From an uncultured Gemmatimonadales bacterium (lineage in GTDB: Bacteria > Gemmatimonadota > Gemmatimonadetes > Gemmatimonadales > GWC2-71-9), in contig CAVRTU010000005.1 in the NCBI GenBank assembly GCA_963724265.1, positions 280,800-344,799 of the forward strand: a DNA stretch of 64,000 nucleotides. Reading direction: 5' to 3'. Below, piece after piece: positions 18,423 through 30,316 of the stretch (positions are counted from its first letter, which is position 1; each line of letters starts with the position of its first letter). A program made the translations under genes and the position numbers. A model generated the notes under the pieces. That model saw only the letters and a program-made list of their open reading frames with translations. It was not told the origin of the DNA and ran no database searches.

Positions 18423-19022
18423 TCATCGGGTGGCGAGAATCCACCGCGCGGCAGCCGCCAGGTCATCCTCCAGCACGAATTCGGAAGTTGAATCCATTCC
18501 CGTCGGCGCTGCCGGAAGACCGGGACCAACCCCGATTCCTCGGCCCCCCAGCAGTCTTGCCGGCAGGAGGTCCGTCACCCGATCTCCTATCCACCAGCTC
18601 TGCGCCGGGTCGATGCCAAATCGTTCGATGGCCCGCCGGTAGAGATCCAGCCCGGGTTTCCGACAGCCGCAGGGGCCGCTGATTTCGGGCAGGTGCGGGC
18701 AATGGTACTGGGCATCCGGGGCTCCACCCGCCTGTGCTAACAGTTCGGCCGTCCGGGCCGCCACCGCCTCGTACTGCCTGGGGGTGATCAGGCCGCGAGC
18801 GATTCCCGACTGGTTGGTCACGATGATCAGCAGAAAGCCGGCTCGCTTGAGGCTTGCCGCGGCCTCGCCCGCCCCGGGCAGCAGACGGACCTGTACGGGA
18901 TCGTTGAGGTATCCGGGATCCTCAAGCAGGGTCCCGTCCCGGTCGAGAAAGACCGCTCGTCGAGGGGCAGAGGGGCGGAGGGGCCCTAAAGGACTCCCTG
19001 TCGGTCGCAGGGGGGCAGCCAC
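18423..19022 (-). CDS. gmhB: D,D-heptose 1,7-bisphosphate phosphatase-like HAD-IIIA hydrolase
   Basis: C-terminal third of ORF 18423..20393: AVFLDRDGTLL (DxDxT), IIVTNQSGIARG, YHCPHLPEISGPCGCRKPG (zinc-site pattern), WWIGDRVTD. The putative GTG start at 19022 is uncertain. Confidence 0.75.
   Translation of the reverse strand: MAAPLRPTGSPLGPLRPSAPRRAVFLDRDGTLLEDPGYLNDPVQVRLLPGAGEAAASLKRAGFLLIIVTNQSGIARGLITPRQYEAVAARTAELLAQAGGAPDAQYHCPHLPEISGPCGCRKPGLDLYRRAIERFGIDPAQSWWIGDRVTDLLPARLLGGRGIGVGPGLPAAPTGMDSTSEFVLEDDLAAAARWILATR
18961..19017. repeat. GGGGCAGA-word array plus conserved motif copy 2
   Basis: gaggggcagaggggcggagg + GGCCCTAAAGGACTCCCTGTCGGTCGC (18982-19008, plus strand, antisense to the flanking genes) + agggggg. 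Confidence 0.7.
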
Positions 19023-19023
19023 G

Positions 19024-20393
19024 CTACTCCTCAAGCGCCCGCTTGAGAGCGCCGCCGACCAGGTTCGAAGCTTGCTTCCGGGAAGCGTCCGTGGATCGAG
19101 AAGGACCCTGCCGTTGGCCACGCGCGTGATCACCGGTGGGTCGCCCAGGCGAAGCCGAAGGGCGAGGCCGTCGGCCCCAAGCGGTCCCGGGTCGATAGCG
19201 ATGAGCGTGGTGGGCAGCGCGGCCCCGGGGAATGCTCCCCCGCCGACGGCGGACTCCCCCCTGAGCAGGGCGGGCGGGCGGGCGGGGGGGAGGGCGGGAA
19301 CCAGTGAGCGATGGAGACTCTGCGCCTGCGCTTCCAATTCAGCGGCGCTCCTGGTGAGCATGCGGAGTACCGGGATTTCCTCGCGGGCCCGGGCCGGATC
19401 ACGGTACAGCGACAGCGTCGCCTCGAGGGCGGCGAGGGTGAATCGATCGGGCCGTACCGCCCTCGCGAACGGGGCCCGACGGCAGCGTTCCACCAGCTCC
19501 CCACGCCCTACCAGGCACCCCGCCTGCGGCCCGCCCAGCAGCTTGTCCCCGCTGAACAGCACGAGGTCCGCCCCCGCGGCGACTGCCTCCGGCACCCGGG
19601 GCTCATCGGTCAGCCCCCACGGGGTGAGGTCCGCCAGCAGCCCGCTCCCGACGTCGTGCAGGTAGGGCACTCCCGCCTCGTGCGCCAGCTCCGCCAGCGC
19701 CGAGGGCGGCGGGGTGGCGACGAATCCCCGCTGCTCGAAGTTGGAGCGGTGCACGGTGAGGATCGCCGCGGCGCCATCGAGGCCCCGCCGGTAGTCGTCG
19801 AGGTGGGTCCGGTTCGTCGTGCCCACTTCCAGCAGCCGCGCCCCGCTCGTGGCCAGGATGTCCGGGATCCGGAAGCTGCCCCCGATCTCGATCAGCTCGC
19901 CCCGTGAAATCAGCACCGGCCGCCCCGCCGCCACCGTCGAGAGCGCGAGGACCAGCGCCGCCGCCGCGTTGTTGACTGCAAGTGCGTCCTCCGCCCCCGT
20001 GAGTTCACTGAGCAGGGCGCGGCAATGATCGGCACGCTGCCCCCGCGTGCCCGAGTCCAGGTCGTACTCCAGGGTGCTGTAGTCGCGGGCCACCGCCGCC
20101 ATGGCGTCGGTGGCGGCAGCGGCAAGGGGAGCACGGCCCAGGTTGGTGTGGAGCACCACACCGGTGGCGTTGAGCACCGGTCGGAGTGACCGGGTGACCC
20201 TGCGCGCCAGTCGCTCGGCGATGTCACCGGCCCAGTCTGGAGGGACTCCCGAGCGGCCCGAGCGGGCGGATTCAAGTGACTCCCGAATCGCCGCCACCAG
20301 GACGGAGCGGGGGTGGGCCTGCAACAACTCCACGAGGGCCGGCTCCGACAGCAGCCGGTCGACCGATGGCAGGTTCCGACGGGGGTCGGTCAT
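19024..20393 (-). CDS. selA: L-seryl-tRNA(Sec) selenium transferase; 3' end frameshifted into gmhB in this sequence
   Basis: MTDPRRNLPSVDRLL...VLNATGVVLHTNLGRAPL...LVLFSGDKLLGGPQAG (PLP-Lys region)...RVANGRVLLDPRTLP. The plausible C-terminus KQASNLVGGALKRALEE* is in another frame, ending at TAG 19024-19026. The frame change is near 19075. Confidence 0.85.
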
Positions 20394-21620
20394 CGGGGCC
20401 TGGTCGAATCGCCGGCTGCCGGCGAGCCCGCCGGCGGGCGAGCGGTGGAATCGGCCTTAGTCGCTTTCGATTCCGGCACCGCCAGACCGCCCCGGACATT
20501 GCCGGTGGCTCCACCCAGCCCGCGAAGGCCGCTGATCTCCAGCACGTACTTGTTGCCGGGAACGAAGGGTGTCGGCATCCGGATCACCAGGCGGTCCTGC
20601 AGGGCTGGGCGCTGGGCCAGCAGGGCGGCAAGGCCGACGGTGTCAGGCGCTGCCTTCGCCCCCTTGACCGCCTTGCCAGGCGGGGGGACCGGCCGGGCCG
20701 GTACCGGTGCGGCGGGTTTGGGTGTTGTCGTGTCGGCCCTCTCCGCCTCGGCCCGCTGGCGGGCGCGAAGACTGTCCTGCTCGGCCCTGGTGACGAGGCT
20801 TGCGCCCTCGACGACGACCGAGTCGGGCAGGGCGAGGAGGCGGAAAGAGGCGAAGGGTGGCGAGCTGTAGGGATCGAGCGGCCCGGTGAACTCGACCGTC
20901 GCTGCGGTGCTGTCCTCCACGGCGATCGACTGGATCCGCGGCGGCACGGTGTCGTGCGGCTGCAGCCAGAGGGCGGGCACCTCGCGTGCTGTCCTCGCCC
21001 ATCCGGATCGTGTCGGAAAGCTCGCGGGAATCGAGCCGGCGATTGCGGTTCTGGTCGACGAAGGCCTGCATCAGGTACTGCCCCGCCGGCAGAGGTGCCA
21101 GGTCGTAGCGTCCACCCGAGTCGGCATAGGCCAGGTAGGGGAGGCTGTCGGGCAGCAGCACCGCCGCGACCAGGGCGCCGCGCCCCACCTGCCGCGTGGT
21201 CCAGTCCACCACTCGTCCCCGCAGCCGGCGAGTCGGGAGCGGTGCTCCCGTGGTGAACGTGACGACGACCAGGGAATCCTCGGCGTTGTTGCGGATGTCT
21301 TTCACCCCGGGAAGCAGCTCGACCCGGTAGACCCGGTTGGGGCGCCACCCTTCCTTGGGCCGGACGCTGAGCCGGCTGCGGTGCCAGCCGACGTCCGGCA
21401 CATTCGGGCGTGGGAGAGACCAGGACCAGGCGTTCGAGCTCGCTGGTTCCCGTCCCGAGGCTCGGAGTGCCTCCCTCCGACAGGGTTTCGTCGAACTGGA
21501 ACTCGACGTCCCCCTTGAATTCGGGATAGACCCCCAGCGACTCGGGGACGGTGGACAACAGCCGCGGCGGCGCCTTGTCGGGTGGGCCGCCGGGCGGCGG
21601 GACCCATTCGGGCACAGGAG
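20390..21620 (-). CDS. Ig-like-domain (Big_5/SbsA-type) envelope protein; several frame breaks, N-terminus unresolved
   Basis: Pieces lie in three frames: ...LSTVPESLGVYPEFKGDVEFQFDETLSEGG..., then ...WHRSRLSVRPKEGWRPNRVYRVELLPGVKDIRNNA...GRYDLAPLPAGQYLMQAFVDQNRNRRLD..., then 20390..20980 (...IQSIAVEDSTAATVEFTGPLDP...NKYVLEISGLRGLGG). Confidence 0.5.
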
Positions 21621-21703
21621 GAGGTCGAGAGGACGGAGAGGACGGAGAGGACGGAGAACAGGGTCGTGAGGACCTCTCCGACCTCTCCGTCGCTCTCCGA
21701 CCT
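21618..21703. repeat. Hairpin of GAGGACG(GA) tandem words
   Basis: gaggtcgagaggacggagaggacggagaggacggag / loop / ctctccgacctctccgtcgctctccgacc, immediately downstream of the valS stop. Confidence 0.65.
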
Positions 21704-21715
21704 TCGCAGCGTGTC

Positions 21716-24404
21716 TCACGCCGCGCCGAGCTGCGCCAGCTTCGCTTCCAGCGCCTGCGCCTGCTGGCGCCAGCTGGCGAGCTTCTCCCTCTCCTTGTCG
21801 ACGATCTCCGCGGGGGCCCGGGCCACGAATTGCTCGTTGCCCAGCTTCTTCTCCTGGCCGGCGACGAGCCCGTTGAGCCGCTCGGTTTCCTTGGCCAGTC
21901 GGGCCCGTTCCTGGGCCAGGTCGATGGCGTCACCGAGCGGGACGAAGACGGTGGTGCCGTCGGACAGCACGGCGCTGCCACCGGGCTCGCGGGGAGGCTG
22001 GCCAAACTCGATCGGTCCGGTGCGGGCCAGGCGCTGGATCGTCGCCAGCTCGCTTTCGAACGCCTCGTGGCGGGCCGAGACCCAGGCCCGCACCTGCTGG
22101 CCGGGCTGGATGCCGTACTCGGCGCGGATGGTCCGGATGGCGCCGACCAGCTCCTGGACCAGGGCGAAATCGCGAAGCGCTGCGTGGTCGGCGGCGCGGC
22201 GGTCGCTCTCCGGCCAGGGCGAGGTGATCAGCGTGGCCTCCCGGCGCGCGACCCGGGAAGCGACGCCAGAGCGTCTCGGTGATGAACGGCATGACCGGGT
22301 GGAGCAGCTGGAGCGCCACCTCGAAGGTCCGCTGCGCCACGGCGCGCGCCACGTCGCCGCCCGGCTGGTCGCCGTAGAGCCGCGGCTTGATCTGCTCGAT
22401 GTACCAGTCGGCCAGGTCGCTCCAGAGGAAGTGGTAGACCACCGCCGCCGCGTCGTTGAGCCGGAACCGCTCGTAGGCCAGCGTCGCCTCGAGCACCGTG
22501 GCCTCGCAGCGGGCGATGATCCAGCGGTCGGCGAGGGTCAGCTCCTCGCGTCGGATCACGCCGGGACGCTGCCCGGCCAGCGGCCGGACCGGGCCGTCGA
22601 GGTTCGAGAGCAGGAACCGGCCCGCGTTCCAGATCTTGTTGGCGAAGTTGCGCCCCGGCGCGAACGATGCCTCGAGGTCCTCGGGATCGAGGATCAGGTC
22701 GGTGCCCACCGCCATGCCGGCGATGATGGTGTAGCGCAGGGCGTCGGCCCCGAAGCGCTCGACCACGTCGAGCGGGTCGATCCCGTTGCCCAGCGACTTC
22801 GACATCTTGCGATGCTGGGTGTCGCGCACCGTGCCGTGCAGGTACACCGTGGTGAAGGGCAGCTCGCCCATGAACTCGAGCCCGGCCATCACCATCCGGG
22901 CCACCCAGAAGAAGAGGATCTCCGGCGCGGTGACCAGGGTGTCGCCGGGGTAGAATGCCCGCGAGGTCCTCGGTCCGGTCGGGCCAGCCCAGGCTGCTCA
23001 TCGGCACCAGCCAGGAGCTGAACCAGGTGTCGAGCACATCCTCGTCCTGGCGCACCGGCCCGCGGCAGGCGGGGCAGGCCTCGAGGCCGGTGCGGCTCAC
23101 GTGGGCGCCGCCGCAGGCCGGGTCCTCGCAGTACCAGACGGGAATCCGGTGCCCCCACCAGAGCTGCCGGGAGATGCACCAGTCGCGGATGTTCTCCATC
23201 CACTGGGCGTAGTCCTCGCCCCGGCGCTCGGGGATGAACCGGAGCGGCGCCGGAGCGATAGGCGGCCAGCGCGGGGGCGGCGAGCGGCGCCATCCGCACG
23301 AACCACTGCTCGGAGAGGCGGGGCTCGACCACCGTGTCGCAGCGATAGCAGTGGCCCACGGCGTGGGTGTGCGGCTCGGTCTTCCGGAGCAGGCCGAGGC
23401 GCTCGAACTCCCGGACCACGAGCTTCCGGACCTCGAAGCGGTCGCGGCCGGCGAAGAGGTTCGGCAGGTCGTCGGTCATCCGGCCATCGGCCTGGATCAC
23501 CTCGATGGCCGGCAGGCCGTGACGCCGGCCGATCTCGAAGTCGAGCGGGTCGTGGGCCGGCGTCACCTTGACCGCGCCGGTGCCGAACCTGGGATCGATC
23601 TCCTGGTCGGCGATGACCGGGATCCGCCGCTCGACGATCGGGAGCAGCACCTCCCGCCCGATCAGCTCGCGATACCGGGGGTCGTCGGGATGCACCGCCA
23701 CGGCGGTGTCGCCCAGCATCGTCTCCGGCCGGGTGGTCGCGACGGTGATCACCCCGGAGCCGTCGGCCAGCGGGTAGTCGAAGTGCCAGAGGTGGCCCGT
23801 CACCTCCTCCTTCTCCGCCTCCTCGTTGGAGAGGGCGGTGAGGCAGCGCGGGCACCAGTTGATGATGTACTTGCCCCGGTAGATCAGTCCCTTCTCGTGC
23901 AGCGCGCACGAAGGCCTCGCGCACGGCGCGGGAGAGGTTCTCGTCCAGCGTGAAGTAGGTGCGGGACCAGTCGGCGCTCGAGCCGATGGCCTTGAGCTGG
24001 TCGAGGATCACGGGGCCGGTCTCGCGGACGTGCTCCCAGACCCGGGCCTCGAACGCCTCGCGCCCCAGGTCGAAGCGGGTCTTCCCCTCCTTGGCGAGCA
24101 GCTTCTCGACCACGTTCTGGGTGGCGATGCCGGCGTGGTCGGTGCCCGGAAGCCAGAGCGCCTGGCGGCCCCGCATCCGCTCGAAGCGGACCAGCGCGTC
24201 CTGGATGCTGTTGTTGAGCCCGTGACCCATGTGGAGGATCGAGGTCACGTTGGGCGGCGGCATCATGATCACGTAGGGGCGCGGACTCACCGGGCCCGGG
24301 GCGCCTGTGGCGTGAACAGGCCGGCCGCGAGCCACTCGCGGTAGAGCGCGGGCCTCGAGGCCGGTCGGATTGTACTGGGGTGGAAGAGGCTCGGTCATGC
24401 CCAT
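21716..24404 (-). CDS. valS: Valyl-tRNA synthetase; at least 6 frame breaks
   Basis: Fragments in the ORF track: 23097..24404 ([16 protein letters not shown]), 22889..23803 ([11 protein letters not shown]...[13 protein letters not shown]), 22228..23199 ([23 protein letters not shown]), 21930..22904 ([12 protein letters not shown]) and 21716..22093 (coiled-coil C-terminus). Frame changes lie near 24347, 24295, 23905, 23250, 22960 and 22255. Confidence 0.92.
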
Positions 24405-24539
24405 GAGGTGGTCGTGGAGCCGGCCCGGCGCCTGCCCGCGCCGGCACGAGGCCCTCTTACATCGGGATTCAGGAAGCGGTTAACTTAACACCGCTGAAGG
24501 GGTTGGCGCAGGAGATCAGGACCGAATCGAGGAGGCTGC

Positions 24540-24698
24540 ATGAGCGAAGACCATACCACACTCACCAGGGCCGAGCTGGCGCGCTGGCTGCTGCTGGGCG
24601 CCGTCCTGCTGGCGGGGATCGTCGCCTACTTCGCGTACGGCCCCCGGGCCGACTCGCTGCATGCCGTCGCTCCCACCGCCGCCGAGGAATCGAAGTGA
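24540..24698 (+). CDS. Small (52 aa) single-TM ORF translationally coupled to thrS
   Basis: Not in the ORF track. [61 protein letters not shown]. Its TGA overlaps the thrS GTG (GTGA at 24695-24698). No homology evidence. Confidence 0.35.
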   Translation: MSEDHTTLTRAELARWLLLGAVLLAGIVAYFAYGPRADSLHAVAPTAAEESK

Positions 24699-26610
24699 CG
24701 GCTGTCCGGCTGACCCTGCCCGACGGCTCCGTTCGCGAGGTCGCTCCGGGCACGACGGCCCGGGAGGTGGCCCAGTCGATCGGTCCCGGCCTGGCCCGGG
24801 CGGCGCGTGGCCGCGCGGGTCGACGGCCAGATCCGCGATCTCGACCGGCCGCTCGCAGGCCGATGCCCGCTTCGCCATCCTCACCGATCGGGACAAGGAC
24901 GCCCTCGACGTGCTCCGCCATTCGGCGGCCCACGTCCTGGCCACCGCGGTGCGCGAACTCTTTCCCAGGGCGGCGATCGGCTTCGGCCCGCCGATCGAGG
25001 ACGGGTTCTACTACGACTTCGAGGTGGAGCGGCCCTTCACCCCGGAGGACCTCGAGGCCATCGAGAAGAAGATGGCCGAGGTGGCCGCCAAGGATTATCC
25101 CGTTCGTGCGCGAGGAGGTGAGCCGGGAGGAGGCCAACCGCCGCTTCCGGGACGACCCGCTCAAGCTGGAGCGGATCGCCGACCTGGGCGCCGACGAGGT
25201 CATCTCGGTCTACACCGACGGCCCCTTCGTGGACCTCTGCCGCGGCCCGCACGTGCCCAGCACCGGCGCGGCTCAAGCACTTCAAGCTGCTCAACGCGGC
25301 CGGCGCCTACTGGCGGGGCGACTCGCGGCGCCAGATGCTGCAGCGGATCTACGGCACCGCCTGGTTCAAGAAGGAGGACCTCGAGGCCTACCTCCACCGG
25401 CTGGAGGAGGCGCCGCAAGCGCGATCACCGCAAGCTGGGCCGGGAGCTCGATCTCTTCGTCTTCCATCCCTTCGCGCCCGGGGCGCCGTTCTGGACCGAC
25501 CGCGGCACGCGCGCTGTACAACACCCTGAACGACTACATGCGGCGAGCTGCAGCAGGACGGCTACCAGGAGATCAAGACGCCGCTGCTGTACAACAAGGG
25601 GCTCTGGGAGCTCTCCGGCCACTGGGGCAAGTACCGCGAGAACATGTTCCTCGTCCACAACAACGAGACGGGCGAGCAGGACATGTCGCTCAAGCCGATG
25701 AACTGTCCCTCGCACCACCTGCTGTACGCCGCCGGGAAGCACTCCTACAAGGAGCTGCCGATCCGGTACAGCACCTACGACGTGCTGCATCGCAACGAGG
25801 TGAGCGGCGCGCTGTCCGGCCTGACCCGGGTGCGCCAGTTCCAGCAGGACGACTGCCACATCTACCTGATGGAATCGCAGATCGCGGCCGAGGTCCAGCG
25901 CCTCACCCGGTTCATCCTGGACTACTACGCCACCTTCGGCCTGACGGCGGCGCTCACGCTTCGCCACCCGGCCCGCAGCAGCGGATCGGCGACGACGCCG
26001 ATGTGGGACCGCGCCGAGGGCGCGCTCCGGGCCGCGCTGGAGGCGACCGGCCTGCCCTACGAGCTCAAGCCGGGCGACGGCGCGTTCTACGGCCCCAAGA
26101 TCGACTTCGACGTGGCCGATTCGATCGGGCGGACCTGGCAGCTGGGCACCATCCAGCTCGACTACGCCGCCCCGGAGCGGTTCGACCTCACCTACGTCGG
26201 CGAGGACAACCACGACCACCGGCCGGTGGTGATCCACCGCGCCGTGAACGGCTCGTTCGAGCGCTTCATCGCCATCCTGATCGAGCACTTCGCCGGCGCC
26301 TTCCCGCTCTGGCTCTCGCCGGAGCAGGTGCGGGTGCTGCCGATCTCCGATGGCCAGGCGGACGCGGCCCAGCGCGTGGTGGACCGGCTGCGGGCCGCCG
26401 GGACTCCGGGCCACGCTCGACGCCCACAACCAGACGCTCAACTACCGGATCCGCGAGGGCGAGATGCACAAGGTGCCCTACCTGGCGGTGGTCGGGCAGC
26501 GCGAGGCCGAGGCCGGCACGGTGGCGCTCCGGGTCCGCGGGGCGGGGAACAAGCAGGAAGCGATGTCGGTTGATGACCTGGTGACCCGGCTCGCCGGCGA
26601 GGTGGCGGGC
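24695..26610 (+). CDS. thrS: Threonyl-tRNA synthetase; about 10 frame breaks, natural stop not identifiable
   Basis: [16 protein letters not shown] (TGS domain), [73 protein letters not shown] and [27 protein letters not shown] are spread over all three frames. Frame changes lie near 24812, 24863, 25102, 25268, 25415, 25508, 25546, 25960, 25995 and 26402. Confidence 0.9.
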
Positions 26611-26624
26611 GAGGGTGCTGGGGC

Positions 26625-26690
26625 CGTAGGGAGTATGGGAATATGGGATATGATGGGGATTGAGGGATTGGAAGGACTGATCAAACTCAC
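26625..26690. repeat. G-tract tandem words (GGGAGTATGGGAATATGGGATATGATGGGGATTGAGGGATTGG)
   Basis: At least 5 G3-4 tracts with 4-5 nt spacers, between thrS and the thiolase gene. No obvious complementary arm. Confidence 0.6.
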
Positions 26691-26708
26691 TAACACCACT
26701 GGAATCCC

Positions 26709-27902
<1,194 letters not shown>

Positions 27903-27961
27903 CCGCCGCGTGAGGCGCACAATTCGACTGGCCCCTGGCGCTCGCCGCCGGGGTCGCCGGA

Positions 27962-28439
27962 GTGGCGGTCGCGGCGCGGGCGGCGCTGCCGCTGCCCTTC
28001 TCGCCGGTGCCGGTGTCGCTGCAGGGGCTCGCGGTCCTGCTCACCGGCGGCCTGTTCGGCGCAGGCGCTGGGCGCCGGCGCGATGGTGCTCTATCTCGCA
28101 CTCGGCGCCCTCGGCGTCCCGGTCTTCGCCGGAGGAGGCAGCGGACTGGCCCACCTCTTCGGACCGACCGGTGGGTACCTCCTCGCCTTTCCGCTCGCGG
28201 CCTTCGTCACCGGCCGCGTGGCCGAGCGGGGCAAGCTGGTCCGGTGCCTCTCGGGCGCCGCCCTGGGCATGGCCCTGCTCCACCTGGTCGGCCTCACCTG
28301 GCTGGCCATCGCCACCGGGCGCCCGCTTTCTTCCGCCGTGGCCGGCCTGGGCCCCGTGGCGTGGAGTGACCTGGCCAAGGTACTGCTGGCAACGCTCGTG
28401 CTCTGGCAATTCGCAGGGACACTGAGGCCCCGGGCATGA
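27962..28439 (+). CDS. bioY: Biotin transporter BioY; one frame break
   Basis: SPVPVSLQGLAVLLTGGLFG (27962 frame) continues as MVLYLALGALGVPVFAGGGSGLAHLFGPTGGYLLAFPLAAFVTG (28083..28439). The frame change is near 28065. Confidence 0.8.
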
Positions 28440-28454
28440 CGGCTTCCCCGCCGG

Positions 28455-29334
28455 ATGCCCGGGTCCGCAGTATTTCCAGCGTCAGCCATCGCCCTGGGGT
28501 GGTCGGTCCTCTACCTCGTGGTGGGATTCGCCCTGACGGTGGCGCTCGCCTTCGGCGCGATCTTCATCCTGGGTCCGCGGGAGCACCCGTTGAGCATGAT
28601 CGACCAGCCGGGCCCCCTCTCGCTCCTGGTGCAGGGGGTCAGCGCCCTGGCCGGGTTCGGAGTGGCGACCTGGCTGGTGGGTGTGAAGGGGGCCCGGCTC
28701 ACCGCTGCCGACCTGCGCTGGCGAATGCCGGCACCGAAGGGTGACGCGGTGCTTCGCGGCATCGTCCTCGGTGTGCTTCCCGCCGCCGTCGTGATCGCGC
28801 TCTCCACCATCCTGGGCGGGGCCCGCTTCACCCCGGACACCGGGACTCCCATCGACTACCTGAACCGGGTGGGCCTCACCATTCTGGTACTCGCGCCCGC
28901 GGCCCTCAGCGAAGAGCTCATGTTCCGCGGTGTGCCCCAGGTCGCTGCTCGCCGGAGTCTGGGGACGGGTCGCGGCGCTGCTGGTGACCTCCGCCGCTCT
29001 TCGCGCTGGCCCACCTGTTCAATCCGAATCTCACGCCTCTGGCCATCGGCAACATCTGGCTCGCCGGTCTCTTTCTCGGCGCGGCCTTCTACCTTCCGGG
29101 CGGCATCTGGACCTCGTTCGGGGCCCACCTGGGATGGAACGCCACGCTGGCCGCCTGCGACGCACCCGTCAGCGGGCTGCCGTTCGCGATTCCGCTGGCT
29201 CGACTACCAGCCGGGCGGACCGGCCTGGCTCACCGGGGGCGCCTTCGGACCCGAGGGCGGCCTCATCGCCACACTCTGCCATCGGCCTGGCGCTCGCCTG
29301 GGCCGCACGGCGGATCCGCCGGGAGGAGTCGTGA
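28455..29334 (+). CDS. CPBP-family intramembrane glutamic endopeptidase (CAAX protease-like); at least 3 frame breaks
   Basis: [11 protein letters not shown] motif (28455 frame); then ...[10 protein letters not shown]...FGAHLGWNA... is recoverable in other frames. C-terminus ...[18 protein letters not shown] (28930..29334 frame). Confidence 0.7.
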
Positions 29335-30184
29335 AGCACGTTGCGGTGATCGGCGCCGGGCACCATGGGCAACGGCATCGCCCAGGTCTACGCCATGCAC
29401 GGGACCTCGGTCGTGGTCGATGGACGTCTCCGCGGACGGCGCTGGCCAGCGGGGCTCGAGACGATCCGCGGCAGCCTGGCCCGCGTGGTGAAGAAGGGGA
29501 CGATCACCCAGGACGGCGGCGGATGCCGGCGCTGGCCCGGATCGCCACCGTCGACGGACCTCGACCTCGCTGGGAGACCCCGACCTGGTGGTCGAGGCGG
29601 CCACCGAGCAGCCGGCGCTCAAGTTCACGATCTTCGAGCAGCTCGATGCGCGCCTGCCCGCCGGCCACGATCCTGGCCACCAACACCAGCTCGATCTCGA
29701 TCACCGAGATCGCCGCGCGGACCAGGCGGCCCGACCGGGTGATCGGGATGCACTTCATGAACCCGGTGCCGGTGATGCAGCTGGTCGAGGTCATCCGCGG
29801 GCAGGCCACCAGCGACGCGACCACCGGGGCCGTGATGGAATCGGCCCGGGCGCTGGGCAAGACGCCGGTCGAGGTCAACGACTATCCCGGGTTCGTTTCC
29901 AACCGGGTGCTGATGCCGATGATCAACGAGGCGATCTTCTGCGTGATGGAAGGCGTGGCCACCCCCGAGGCGATCGACACCGTGATGAAGCTCGGGATGG
30001 CCCATCCGATGGGCCCGCTGGCGCTGGCCGACCTGATCGGGCTCGACACCTGCCTGTCGATCCTCGAGGTGCTGCACCGGGGCCTGGGCGACGACAAGTA
30101 CCGGCCCTGCCCGTTGCTCCGGCAGGATGGTGGCGGCCGGGCGAGCTGGGACGGAAGACGGGGAAGGGGTTCTACAAGTATTGA
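29331..30184 (+). CDS. hbd: 3-hydroxybutyryl-CoA dehydrogenase; at least 5 frame breaks
   Basis: [20 protein letters not shown] (GTGA overlap with the CPBP stop), [44 protein letters not shown]..., [29 protein letters not shown], ...[11 protein letters not shown]. Confidence 0.85.
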
Positions 30185-30270
30185 GGGATTGGGATGAGGA
30201 TTGAAGGATTGACGGCATTGAAAGGAACTTCATCCATTCCTTCAATCCTTCAATCCATCAATCCTCAATC
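30183..30270. repeat. Hairpin of GGATTGA-type tandem words
   Basis: gagggattgggatgaggattgaaggattga / loop / tcaatccttcaatccatcaatcctcaatc. Unusually AT-rich words for this genome. Confidence 0.7.
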
Positions 30271-30316
30271 TTGCAGCGATCTGAGCCATCCATCGACACT
30301 CGGAGTCCCGACACTC

